From assembly GCF_009914755.1 (NCBI RefSeq), contig NC_060934.1: DNA of 64,000 bases, one strand, 5' to 3'. Position numbers and translations under genes: made by a program. This stretch comes from the human T2T-CHM13v2.0 reference genome, Homo sapiens. The stretch's first letter is position 1. Every line of letters starts with the position of its first letter. The notes below the pieces were generated by a model. That model was not told the DNA's origin. It made no database searches and saw only the letters and a program-made list of their open reading frames with translations. This document shows, piece by piece, positions 21,631-41,935 of the stretch.

Positions 21631-22639
21631 ATAAGTAAGCAAAGAAGGAGGGGGTGGGTAAGGGAGCAGAGAGGGGAGGGAGAAGAAGGGAGGGAAGGAA
21701 AGAAGGGGGAAAAACAACTTTCTTGAAAGACCGCCCAACCCCAGCCCTAGGATCTCTGACATACCTTCTGCAAATGTGCTCATCAGAGGGGAAACATCTT
21801 TATTCCACGGAGCCATCTTTCATGCCATAACAAACCAGCCTAAGAGAGCAGACAGTAGGGAGGAGAGGCCCAGAAGAGGGAGCAGCAGGCGGGGAGGGGG
21901 CGTTGGTGGGGAGGGTTGCTCTGGAGAGTGGGGAAGGGTACTGGGTTGGGGGAAGGGGACTGGAGGGCGATGGGGAAGAGAGGACAGGAAGGGAGCAAAG
22001 CAGAAATAGAAGAAAAAAATTCTCTCAACCCCTACCCAGGTCCAGAACCTTCTATCATCATTCCTGGGCCTGATGTGGGGAATGGTAGTGGTGGGTCAGG
22101 GCTTGGCCTGGGATTAGCTATGTCTGTCGCTTCCAGGTGTGGAGTGTGTAAGGCTAATACCAGAAAGGGTTTCATCTGGGCCCTTCACCTTCAAGCTGAT
22201 GGTCTCACCACCAGGTGGATGTAGTGTCTGGATTATAGTCTGCCCAGCGATTTCCATGGGTGTGGTTAACTAAGGGGAGAGTCAGTCTTTATTTACACTC
22301 AAATGGACTCTAAAAATACAATTACTATTAGCTGGGGTTACTGATGGTTATTTTAAACAGAGAATGCAATTAAAGCAAGAGCTAAAGAAATACAAGTATT
22401 TAAGCACCATTAGATGCCATAATCCTAATATTCAACATGGAACCAATATTTGAGTGCCTACCTAACAGATAAGTCAGGCATACTACACTGACCAAGATGG
22501 ACAAGGTTCTTGCCCTCATGGAGCTTCTAGTCCAATGACCCATTACTACTTATTGATCATGGTTTGTTTTCCATCTCCACTTAAATGATAATAACAGCCA
22601 ACAACCCTGACTTATCAACATAACTAACATCTGTGTTTA

Positions 22640-22860
22640 TTATTTGTTATTATTAGTGCTTATTATGTGCCAGGCACTGTGCTGCAAGCTTTGTGTTCAC
22701 ATTTCTCATTGAATTCTCACAACCACTACAGAGTTGGTGCTGGTACCATCTCCGTTTTACAGACAGGTTAAGTTACATGTCCAAAGTCTCACAGGTAGTG
22801 AGAAATTGAACCCATACCATCTGGCTCCAGAGTCTATCCTCTAAACCCTGACACCAGATT
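22640..22860 (-). mobile_element. MIR
   Basis: tattatgtgccaggcactgtgct...ctccgttttacagac...tctggctccagagtc. Confidence 0.8.
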
Positions 22861-23119
22861 TTCCTGAATTCATTCTGAATCATTTGAATTTCTAGTTAAT
22901 GACATTGGTGCCTTGGTCTGCTTGGCAGCAGATGCCCTCCTAGACAGATTTTTCTCTTCTGCTCTCAGCATCCCTCCCACTCAGCCTCCATGGATTGTGA
23001 ACTCATTGACTTCAAACTAAATTGGAGAGAGACTTAAGTTGACTTGCAAGCCCTTGCAGTTAGCACCTGCTAATCTGGAATCCTTCCTCAACTGTGGGAG
23101 AAACGGTGACGTGGGTGAG

Positions 23120-23277
23120 TCCTCCTGATTCCATTCAGGGACATCATGTTGAAAGCCGGACACTGACATGATAGGAATATTTACACTATGGAAAATGGCA
23201 AATGCTACAAGTCAGGTCTTTGTGTTTGTTTATTTTCCTGAAGAGCTGGTCATTAAGCATTGACCAGCACACTGCTG
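23120..23277 (-). mobile_element. Arthur1-like hAT-Tip100 fragment
   Basis: Reverse complement cagcagtgtgctggtcaatgcttaa...tgacttgtagcatttgccattttccatagtgtaaata resembles the Arthur1 end. Confidence 0.55.
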
Positions 23278-23518
23278 GAGAGGACCCAAGGGGTCCTTTG
23301 GAAGGGGAAAACATTAGGCTGTAGCTGATGGCAACCTCCTGGCAGTCTGTGTCCATGGAGGAGACAGCAGGGAGCACCAGAGAAGGAGACAAGAGAATCA
23401 TGTTCTAGACCTGGCTTTGCGGCTGAGGGAGCGGGTCTTGAGTTGTTTTTTCTCATTTGTATCGGGTGGGCTCAGCCATAGGAATAGGTATAGAACTATT
23501 TTCAGAAATAGCCTGGAT

Positions 23519-23851
<333 letters not shown>

Positions 23852-24044
23852 TTAATTATGTTTTTACTCAAATATAAGGCAGTTCCACTACATGATTAAA
23901 TACTGGGCTAGGGCTGTGGGTCTGTGTGTGGAGCCCATGTTGCTCTATGAGCCCCACTGGCATGGGTCATGTTCCCGTGGCTTCCTCCTGCTTTCTTCTC
24001 CAGCCTTGGAGCAAGATAGAACGGAGCCAGAAAACTGCCTCTTC

Positions 24045-24230
24045 TCTTCTCTGTGACCTTAGACAAGTTGCTTAGCTTTTCTGTGTCTTCATTTTCTCTT
24101 CTGTGAGATGAGGATAATGGATTGTACCTGCTCGTATGGGTGCTGTGAAGCCTGACTGAGATGCACATCAGATGCTGGGAAGAGACTTGGTGCATGAGAA
24201 GCCCCCAGTATATGGTCAGTGTTGCTGCCA
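24045..24230 (+). mobile_element. MIR
   Basis: ctgtgaccttagacaagttgcttagc...ctgtgagatgaggataatgg. Confidence 0.75.
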
Positions 24231-26872
24231 TTTCTTCCTTGTATTGTCTCTTCTTTTGGGGGAAAGGTGTCCCACACCAACCTCCTGGCTTCCAGGGCTT
24301 ACAGGGGGCCAGGGCTGAGACAGAGGGGCTGCGTCGCCTCTCCAGAAGAAGCTGGCATCCTCAGCTGAAGCCACACATCCTCATAGTTGTGTGTGAACTG
24401 TGTCTTTCTAATTTACTTATGACACTCCTAGCAGCTATTGCAAATCTTTTTGTGTTCCTTAAGCTCCCACCACTGGGAGTGAGGTGTGATCCTGGTGTCT
24501 CATGTGCCCTGATGTGGAGGTTCCAGCTGAAGGGGCATGACCCTGGAATCTGCAGGTGGGTCAGCTGGGAAGGATGCCAGACAGGTATGTGGGACTCCAC
24601 AGCCTCTACTTGCTTTGAGCCAGTCTGTCTCTGTCCCCGTGGGGTCAGAAGTGCCCTCTGCATGGTCAGCTTCTGATCCTAGCAGGAGGGGATCCTGGTC
24701 CTCTCCTTGTGCTTATGGTGGTGACCATCTGTTGGGTGGCTGCCACCAGTCTGCCACCTCCCATGCTGCAGCTCCCTGGACCCAGCTCAGGGAGATTGTA
24801 ATGCTCTTCTATCACGTCTCTCCCCACTACAGGCTTCTCCCCTACAATATCTGAACACAAGCACACTATGTTCTCTCCCATCTTCCAGTTGCTGCTGTCC
24901 CCTGGTCCTAGGGGACATATCCATCTACCAGCCTGGATGCATGCCTGCTCCCCATCCTTTCCTGACCCCTCTTCTGGCTTTCTTTCCAGCCTGCCCTGGA
25001 GCCCACCCTCTACTCTCTCCTGGGCTGTCTTTCCATTTCATTCCTCAGTCTCCCATTCCTGTTACCTACCCTCCCATACCTACTTACCAGGGTCTGGCCT
25101 TTGTGATACTTTCTGGACCTGTGACTTAAGGCTTCCTGAGGGTAGGTTGAACAGAGTGAGCCTTGAGCAGGGCAGGAGTGAGTGGACCAGGGCCTCTGAC
25201 AAGATCAGGGTCCAGGTCTCCCTCCTCATTCTGCTGCTCCATGTTGATTTCATTCCCTCCGCCCAGCTTTTCCTCACATCAGGTCATGGCTGCCAAAGCT
25301 ATGACCTCATATCCATGCCCCTGGAGGATGAAGGATATCTATCCCTGAGTCTAGTTGCAAATTCCTCAGGAAGGACTCCAGTTGTCCAAGTTGGGGACAT
25401 GTGCTTAACCCTGGACCATTCACTGTCCAGGATAGGGTACTGGGGTCAGTCTGCCGGGGCCCCTTCCCACTCTTGTGCATGGTTAGATATGGTGTTGTCC
25501 AGAGGAAAGGAGATGCACGGCTGAGCGAGGAAAACATCACTGCCCTGCAGGTGGAGATGGATGGCTCTGACATTCCAGCACTAGCCATAGCTGTGAGCCA
25601 AGCCACACAGGGCACTGAGTTCAAACACAGATGATCCTGCCCTGTCGGGATTTGTCTCAAGAGAGCCACAGTTACATTGGCAGCAAGATCATAATCTTTT
25701 TATTTATTTAATGAACCGGAAGTGTTAATTGCAGAAATTTGGGCAAAGTTCTGATGGGGTGGCCCCAGCCAAGGTTTGACCAAGGTGCACTGCCTAGGTC
25801 TAGGCAGATAAGACAAGAGTAGAGGAAGTGTGCCTGGGCCTGGGGCCTCAGAGCTGCGAGATGATGTCGGGACCTGGGCAGCAGGTGAAGTCTGTGCAGT
25901 TGGGCTACATGTCCAAGGCCTTTACCACGCTGTCCTCCATCACCACGGAGAACTCTTGAGCCATCAATTCCCAAACAGTAGCAGCAACAAGTCATCTAGT
26001 AACAAATCAGACTGCTTCCCAAAGGCTCCAGTGGGGTCAGCTGGGAGCTGAACCTTGCCTTTTGTGTTGGGGCTCCCTGCCACTCACCAGTCACAGATAC
26101 AGTGGACACTCCGATTTGCCACCACCTGGACCCACTTGGCCTGCAGAGCCCCAGCTTGCTCCACAAATCCCAGCAGGTGGGCTGTGGAACAACTCAGGGT
26201 AAGGGGGTGACTCAGAACCTGTGATGATGCAGGACAGTTGCCAATGGGAAACTGGGCTCAGGATAAAGAGGGAAATTCACTGACACTTTGAATTCATGGG
26301 TGGGGGTCTCAATGGGAGTCATAGAACAAAAAGTATTTTTCCCTAAACTTTGCTGCATGTGTTAATTTCCCCTCCATCTAGGCATCCATGTTTTTTTCTG
26401 TGGTCTGCCTGCACCAGGTACAGTAGGGACCAGGCGCTTGGTTGAGGGGGGCTGATCTGGCTTTGTCAGCAGTGGTCCACTTCCATGGACCTCTCTGAAC
26501 TGGCCCAGCTCTCTTGTGAGTTACCATGGGGAAGGCTGGAGGTGTAGACAGACTGCCTCAGGGCTATGGAAAGAGGGCGGCCCTGGAGGGTGAATCTTCC
26601 CATGAGTACAACTCCTGCACTTGTAATACTTCTTGCTACTTGGGGGGCCAGAGCAGATTTCCAAGGTGAGAAGGAGTGGGAGCAAAGACTGTTTATGTTA
26701 GGGGCAAGGCTTGGTTTTGAATCGTAATAAAATCTGGTGGGACAGAGGGCCATGCTGGGGGAGAGGAAGGGCCAGGGCATAATAGAGGGTGATAACTGAG
26801 TCATGGACCAGTCCCAGCCCTAGATTTGCCGCCTGCCCACAGGCCTCTGGGCATGTCCTGACCATCTTGCCC

Positions 26873-28222
<1,350 letters not shown>

Positions 28223-28319
28223 TCCATAAACTTAGGAAGATGAGAGGAGTTGTCTCAAATGCACTTCACAGAGTGAGAAACTGAGGCTGCCAAAGTCGTT
28301 GAACTGAAAAAGAGCCCTG

Positions 28320-29240
28320 AAAGCCCAACATCCATTCAATTTAGAGATTCCTTCTATAGCATTTGTGGGAGCTAATCATCCAGCCTCTGCTTGAATATCT
28401 GTAGTGATGGGGAGAGCATTACCTTACAAAGGGACCATTTCAATTGTTGCATGGTTGAGATTGTCAAAAAGTTCTTAGATTGTGATAAAAACTGCTTCCC
28501 TGTAAGGCCCTTTCATTGTCTCTGATTTTGCCTCTGATGAATGAGGACCAGATAAGCTAGAAGGAAATGTCCGCTCTTTAGTGCTAACCATGTGCCAGCC
28601 TGTGCCTGGGGGTTTCACAGCCATTTCATGGAGAAAAAGCATGTGTCAGGCCTCTCAGTGTTGAGGGAGATGTCACTTTGCCATCCTGAAGTCTTTCTTC
28701 TTTTCCTCAAAGACTGAATTTCCTGACTGCTCATCACCTTTGCCTGTGTTACAGTTTCTCAGAATTCCTAAAACATCATTTGGACATGATGCTCTAGTCT
28801 AACCTAGCTCATCTTTTTAATTTTATTTTTTAAAGAAGCCACATCATGGCTGGGTGTGGTGGCTCAAGCCTGTAATTCCAGCAGTTTGGGAGGCTGAGGC
28901 AGGAGCATCTCTTGAGGCCAGGAGTTCAAGACTAGCCTGGCCAACATGGTGAAACCCCATCTCTACTAAAAACAGAAAAATTAGCCAGGCATGGTGATTT
29001 ATGCCTGTAGTCCCAGCTACTTGGGAGGCTGAGGGGGAGGATTGCTTGAGCCCAGGGGTTCGAGGCTGCAGTGAGCTGTGACTGCACCACCACATTCCAG
29101 CCTGGGCAACACAGTGAGACTCTGTCTCAAAAAAAATCCCCAAAAAACCTTATCACACAAGGCTAGCTCATCTTAAACTTGTAGTCAGCTGAAACCCTCC
29201 AGTCATTTTTCACTGTAACTGCTGCTGCTGTGGTCTCTCC
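28320..29240 (-). mobile_element. L3/CR1 LINE fragments flanking an Alu (28848-29137, +)
   Basis: tcatccagcctctgcttgaatatctgtagtgatggggag resembles the CR1/L3 3' region; gctcatcttaaacttgtagtcagctgaaaccc continues it. Confidence 0.6.
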
Positions 29241-31153
29241 CATTGGTCCAGGAATCTTGTCATCACACCAGGACTAGGATAAGGATGAACATCCAGAGGT
29301 CAATTTTTGGCCCTGGAGGACTTCTGAGATTAAAATGTGTCTGAAGATTGGGACCTGTGGTCATGTCCAAGGTAGAGGAGGGGTCAGCTGCAGCTCTGGC
29401 TTTCTGCTGGATGGCAGTGGGGACAAGACAAACAGCTTCATTCAGAGGCTGTGAGGACTGCCAGACACTTGCAGTACCCAGTACCTGTTCCTGTCTTGCT
29501 TGGGGATGGGCACAAACCACACGGATAGGGAAGTACCATTACTGACAGGCTCAGAAGCTCAAGTGGTTTGGCCCTGGCCTGGAAATAGCTAGATCCATGC
29601 AGACTATTCAGACTGACTCCCTGGCATGAGGGGTGAGGTCACAGAGGGGACCATGGGGGAGGAGAGGATCAGAAAAGGCCATCACAGCCCTCCTTGTTCT
29701 CTGCCTCAGTGGGTTCTTACTCATGTACATATACATAAAAAGAGGGTAGAATCATGTATTTATTTTAGGTGAATCCTCCTAAATTGACATGTTCCCTGAA
29801 CACAAGTCTGAGGGCTCTCTTTCATTGCAAGAGACAGAAAACAAACTAAACTTAGAGTAAGCAAGAAAGAGAATGCATTGACTCACTTGTTGGGAAGGCC
29901 AAGCATGGAGTGGGCTTCAGGCTTGACTAACTCTATGGACTGGAAAAAGGCATGGGATTTGTCGTCATTTGCTCCTGCGATACATTGGCTTCTTCCAGAT
30001 AGAAGCTGCCATGCTGCTAGAAGCTCTGGGGTCCTAGCCTTACTATACTCAATTCAAAAGGATTGAAGAGCATATCTCTTTTGGAATCAATATACAAAAA
30101 TCCCAGAGAAGGACCCTGATTGGTCCGACATGGTTCACATGCCTATTCCCGGGCCAATCATTACTAGCAGGAAGATGGGATAGAATGATTGGCCAGGCCT
30201 GGGTCATATGTTTTTCCCAGTGGCCAGTGATTCCACAGGCACCTAAGGGCAAGAAACAGGATACCTAGACCTCAGGGAACAGGCAAGTCCAGCAGTTTAG
30301 GAGGAGAAACAGAAGCTAAGCTGTCTTCTTGTGGTCTCCCTGGGATCTCGTGTCTGCTTCTTTTTGCCTACCTCCTCGTTCTTCTGTTTCCTTGTGAACA
30401 TTGGCTTTGGTATTTTTTTCTTCCTCAGCATGTATGTACATGGCTCAAAATGGCTGCCCCAGCCCCGAGCCCTATGTGACTTTCGAGAGCTCCACACCAC
30501 CTGTGGCTGAGTTCAGATGTTCAAGGAAGAGAGAATCCGATGGGTTGCAGGGATAGGTGTTAAATACTGGACCCATCAGTTGTGGCAAGGGTTAGGGATT
30601 TGTAGTATAAACACGGCTTCCGAGGTCTTCTTCCCCTTTAGCTGGCCTGTAGGGGCAGTTCGTTGGAGAAGGGGGCTGTGTGTGGGGCAGGCATTTCAGA
30701 ACAAGATATCTTGCTCGTCCCAGGTGACCCAGAGAACAGCAAAGCATGGCACCATCCTGCCCTCAAGTAGCTTCAAGTCTAGCTGAGCAGGTGAGAGGCT
30801 CATCTGGGCCAGGGGTCATAGGACATCAGAGGAGGGCAAGGTCATTGTGGGCCAGGACAGGTGGAACAAGTTGCCTGGAGCCAGTGGGAGTGCAGCTGGC
30901 CTTTCCAGGTAGGCAGGAAGGAAGGGACATGACCCTGTGCCATGAGGAGGAGACGTTGCCTCAGCAGATGCTCTTTTCTTCACACCTGAGCTGGCCCTGC
31001 TGAACAAATATGCAAATGGATTTGAAGAGTCCTGTCCATTAGGGAGCTTTTCCTCAGAGCATAAGCACTGGTCTTCCTGAGGCTTCTGTTTGACTTCTCA
31101 TAACACCCTCTGTCCTGGGATTACCAGAGTGCCCCCCCCGTCCACTCACCATC

Positions 31154-31200
31154 TGTGTGTGTGCGTGTGTGTATGTGTGTGTGCGCATGTGTGTGTGTGT
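31154..31200. repeat. Imperfect (TG)n
   Basis: Direct inspection. Confidence 0.9.
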
Positions 31201-32089
31201 AGGTTATGGGGAGTTTTTCATGATGTTTTGGAAAGTCAAGGAGTTTCTTCTCTCCTCAAAAGCCAAGAATGGAAAAAAAAAATCTCCAAGAATAAAAGGA
31301 GGGAAAAATAACCCTTTGCATTTGGAGAATGTAAAGAGATCTGTAAGCATCCTAAGGTGGAGACTTCTGTTGTCATGCTGTGGTCCAGGAAAGTCCTGGA
31401 CTTGCCCAAATTCTCATGGCTGCGACTAGAACCCTGGCTTTTACTGCCAGCCCAGGGCTCTTCTCTGAGCCCTCAGGGACAGTGGGGAGTGGGCCTGGCA
31501 GGGGTGGTCTGTATGTGACAGGAGTGGGGGAATGCCCCACCTTCACAAGGACGCAGTAGAGGCTCAATCCTAAAAAACACAGCCCAAACCAAGTCCAGAG
31601 AGGATTTGGAGGCTCCGGGGAGGAGCTAAGAGGTTACCAGCGTCTCCTTTGGGAAGTGGGTGAGAGTCCATCCCACATGCCTTATCTGGGCAGATCTCAT
31701 TTCCTGGTGGAGGAAAAGGAGGAGATCTTTGTGTTTCTCCTCTGTTTTTTCCCTTTCAGACAGACCAGACATCAGATCTCAGTCAGATAAATCCAGCTGA
31801 AAGAAAGGGGCTGAGGCCAGGGCTGGCACAAAGAAAAGGATCCCTTGCCAAAGTCACACAGGAAGATACTCCAAAAGACCCTCGCCCAAAGAAGAGGGCG
31901 GACGGGGTTCCCCTGGAGCTCCCTTTCCCTAAGGGCCTGGCGTTGGGCTTTCGATCCTAGTTCCACATGAGGTTTCATGTAAATGATTGTATTATTATTA
32001 TTTTTTTGCATGGGTGAAAAGTCACAAATTATTAACGCTGAATTTCAAAGACTGCAGTCTTCTCACTCTGGGGTGGCATCTCTTCACTG

Positions 32090-32990
32090 TTCAGGCACGG
32101 GCAGCCTCACAGAACGGACGTGGCCCAGACCTCACTTGACCTCTGAGAGGCCCTGAAGGCAGTCGCCCAAGGGCAGGGGCAGGGGACAGGGCGGAGGGGG
32201 AGGACACTGAGCGGAGCGGGGAAGGAAGAGAGAGGAGGGGTGGGGAAGGAGAGGAGGGGCGGCGGGGAGCCCGGAGAGAAAGAAGGGAGACCCCGGAGAG
32301 GAAGAGGGGGAGGCCCGGGAGGGCGCGCGGAGGGGGTGTCAGCGAGGGGCCGCCTGTCAGGGTTCTATCTGCGCGATGATTGATGCGGGCCCGGGTTTTT
32401 CTGTCAGCCTGTCACGGCGCAGGAATGTTTAATGTTCTCATTATTGGTTACGCTGTTGTGTATATTTCTCTGTCAGCACCGCGGACCCAGCTGAACTGGC
32501 AGAGCACTTCAAAGGCCTACGGGTCATTCATCATCCCCATGACGCTCCGGCAAATGCTCAGCTTCAGCCCCGCGCCAGGGATTTGTTATGACTTGCGAGC
32601 CGCCTGACAGACAGGGCTGCGGCGGCCGGGAGGGGACGCGCGGGAGGCGGGCTCCGGGCCCTTCCTGTCACGCCGGGCCCGCGACTCCGACTCGGGGGGC
32701 AGGCGGCACGGCGCGGGGCGGGCCCGCCTGGGCGACCCCCGGGAGGGGTGGCAGGAGGAGGCAGGGGCGCGCCCCCTCATGGGCCCCGGGGCGCCCTCAC
32801 ACCTCTCCCTGCAGTCCCGCCCTCCTCCTCCTGGCGGGCGGCGGCCTCTCCCAAAGTTGTGCCGCAGACCCAGAGGTTGAGGGGGGGAAAAGCGAAACTT
32901 GCAACCGTCCAGGGCCAGGGAGGGGCGGGAGCTGGGAGCGAGAGCAGGAGAGTATCGGAGCTTTGTTTCCTTTCCCAGGCCGTGACATGA
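32090..32990. promoter_or_regulatory. CpG island; probable lncRNA promoter or developmental enhancer
   Basis: Very high GC and CpG density, GC boxes (ggggcgg), purine-rich G runs, six CTGTCA/TGACAG sites and TGATTGAT. Confidence 0.85.
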
Positions 32991-34032
32991 TTAATCGTTT
33001 TCTTCTGATCTAATTTTGGAACATGAAAAACAGCACATTTGTCTTGAAGAAAAATGATGTGCCGAACTGCGCAGATGGAAATTTCGAGCAATGAGAAAGA
33101 TTAAAGTGAAACCCCACTCCTTAGACCTAATCATGAGTTGTAGATTATTCTGTCGGCCCAGCCAGATGGTAGCTCTGATTCCACAGCCCCTTCTTATATT
33201 AATGAATACTCGACTGTTATATTTGACTTAGGTAAGTGAAATGTCTATCAGAGCTAATGGACTGCCAGCCAGCATAACACATGTTGTACCGCTAAGGGTC
33301 CTTCTGCATTTTTCATGTTTTATACTAATGTAGAACATTTTGTTTCCTACTGTTTTTCATCATTGTCACTGTTTGCTAAATATTTTCACATGGAAGGGGG
33401 GAGAGAGAGAGACAAAGTCAGGAGGAAAAAGAACCCCCCTCCAAACTTGTGTCCAAAGCTAATTTCCTCCCGTTGGGCTTGGCTATAACTCTACAAGTAA
33501 AACAGTCACCCCGAGCAATACGTACAGGAACTCAATAGTAACGTGATTAAGTTCCTAGTCAACAAGACTACACTCGACTGTATGTTAACAAACCTAATTA
33601 TAGCCCCGTGGTAATAAATTGGGCCAGGGCCCTGGCTGCACATCTCTGAGGTCATGTCTAGGAGAGCTGTTTGACCCTCTTGTCTCAGGGAAGAGAATTG
33701 TCCTGGAGAGGGGTCCCTGTCTCAGCATGGTAGAGGGGCTGTTTTCTCCCTGACCTAGTTGTCCAGCCCCTGGGAGGATGGGTGGATGCCAGGAAGCATT
33801 TCAGAGCGGAAGGTCATCGGCATGAGAACTGGGTATTAGGATTTGCTGGAGGAGACCGGAAGGGCAGTGGCTTCTGAGCCATTGGCCCCTTTCACGTTGT
33901 GAGTGGCATCAGGATGTCTGAGAGGAGAGCATGGTGTTTTTGCTTCATTGGATCCATGCAGGTCTTGGAGGGTGGTGGCCCACTCTTTCTGGGCCAAGTA
34001 GAGGGTGGCTCAGACACCCCCCCTTCCTCCAG

Positions 34033-34169
34033 GCTTCTCATCTGTAACTGGTGAAGCCCGGAAGAGCTTGTTGTTCAAGAGGAAATCTTGTGTTACTTCT
34101 TTATGAAGGACTCCAGCCTGGTGGAGATGAATGAGTCCTGAAGATGGAATCGAAGCTGTTTGGGCACAA
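34033..34169 (+). ncRNA. Putative lncRNA exon (possibly ZNF503-AS1)
   Basis: Acceptor cccccttcctccAG and donor CAA|GTAAGC; upstream consensus donor TAG|GTAAGT at 33231/33232. The ZNF503-AS1 assignment is recalled from locus context, not verified. Confidence 0.55.
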
Positions 34170-35234
34170 GTAAGCTGGAAGGGGTTGAGGGACATTTTCA
34201 AGGAGTGATGTCTTGAGAGAAAAATGGAAAGAAATCCACAGGCAGAAAAGAGATATCTAGATATGAAAACATGGGGCAGGGGGAGGGAGAGAGAGAGAAG
34301 AGAATGCAGAGAAAGAGAGAGACATACAGGAGAGGACGTGTAGGTACCAACAGAGGAGATGGCCCATGAACTCAGAGGAGAAACTCTTCTTGCCTCAGCC
34401 AAAGTGAGCTTCCTAAAAAGCCATTTTGACCCCTGCTAAAAATTCTCTCCTGGCTGTGATTCCTACGGGAGTCAGTTGCAGTGTCTTGGCTGGGAATAGG
34501 TGAGCCTCTCCATCTACCCCCAGTTTCTCTCTCCAGCCTTATCTCTCACTTGTCCTCAACTGTGACCTTGCCCTTCTGCCACATGAGCCTTCTTAGGATC
34601 CCCAAGAGTGCCAGCCTCTTTCAGAACAGTGTGATTTTATCTGTGTTTATTTCTGTCTATCCTACTCTCCTGTATTCTTTCCCTGGCAAACTCCTACTCA
34701 TCCTTCAAGACTCAGCTCTCAGATCTCCTCCTCTGTGACATTTTCCTGACATTCCCAGGAGGCATTATTCATCCTCTGACCCCCACCCCCGACTCTAGCT
34801 AGGCTGCATTGAAAAATGTCTGTGTTTACAAGTCTCTTGCTCTACACCTTCCTTCCTCTACAGCTATTCCTCTGCTCATTCGTTTACTCATTCAAGAAAT
34901 GTACATTAAGACCTTACTGTGTGACAGATATTGTTCTAGACACTGGGGATTTAGCAATATACAAAATCCCCTGCCCTTCTGGAGGTGTATTTGTGGATTT
35001 CATTCATTTCAGTAGCTGTATTTGTGGATGTATTAATGAGGCTCTTTTATAGTAAGAAACAGAAACTTGCTCAGGCTAGCTCTAGAAATGGGTATTACTG
35101 TAAAATGGTGGCAATAAGGAAGGCAGAAAATCTCACAGAGACCCAAGAGCAGCTGCACAGCTGAGCTTCACAGCTTCTGTAACTCGTTAATTGGCTCATT
35201 CATGGCCCTTCCTAGGCCCATGTCATTTAAGAAA

Positions 35235-38521
<3,287 letters not shown>

Positions 38522-38539
38522 TCTCTAATAACATTTCTT

Positions 38540-40600
<2,061 letters not shown>

Positions 40601-41336
40601 TATATTTTCAGAGCTTCTAGTTCTGTTACTTACTAAACACCTCTGTCCTCCATATTTTCAGTTCAAATTTCCAATAGAAAGAATCTGACTGGTCTAAACA
40701 GGCTTGGGCAATGCCCCTCCTCCAAGCCATTTCATAGGTGGCTGCTTGGCTCTGCCTTGAAAGAGGTGGGAAGGCTAGGGGAGAACTTCAGGTGAGAGAA
40801 ACAACTGCATGAGTCCAGGGCCAGGTGTATGTCACAATTTGTTTATTGTGGTTTCTGCCCCAGTCTAACTGATCCCACATATAGTTGGAAAGTGGTTCTG
40901 GGCAACTTTAGTGATGTAAATAAGGATTGGGTGAGGGTCTGCTTCAGGGAGGATTGGGATAGTGGATAGCAAGGCTGTTGGATCCACGTTGTACCATGTA
41001 AAGCCAGGATAAGGCAAGCAGAGTGGGCCTGTCCAGGCTGAACTGCTCTTGCCTCACTCTTGCCCTGTCCTGGCCCTGCTCCTGATTCTTTCTTAATTCA
41101 CACTTGTGTCTGTCTGGAGTGAGTAGACACTCTAGTGTTGAATATAGGTTCTACACTTTTCTGCAAGCAGTCATTCACTTATTTATCCATGCATGCATTT
41201 AAGCAGTATTTGATCACCCACTTGTGTCAGATGGTGTGCTAGAGGGTGAGAATGTTACGGTAAGCAAGGCACAACTGGCCCTTACCCTCCCTTACAGCCT
41301 ACTGAAGGCCAAGGATCCTTTCGCTATGCTGGATGA

Positions 41337-41667
<331 letters not shown>

Positions 41668-41935
41668 TAAATCTTTATAGACAGGTTTGGTTGTTCTTTT
41701 TGGTCTCTGGTTTGTTTTTTTTGGTCTTTGTTTATCAGGTGAACAGCATAAACAAGACTGCAGAGAATACATTTAAACTATTTAAAATACCTTACTTTGT
41801 CTAAAGCCTCTAACATTTTCTTCAAATTAATCTTGCTAGTTACTAATGTGTATCATTATTCATTAAAGCAGGCCCAGTGAGACTCTCATTTAGTAAACTT
41901 GGTTATTAGTGAAAATATCATGATCTCCAAATGTA

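Noticed and set aside
22208-22225. CTCF-like ccaccaggtggatg (and ccagcaggtgggc at ~26170)
   Set aside because: Mismatch at a high-information position; cannot be supported without a PWM score or ChIP.
24868-25524. 218-aa ATG ORF in unique-looking sequence
   Set aside because: No recognisable domain, Ser/Pro/Leu-rich composition from pyrimidine-rich DNA, and no supporting exon structure.
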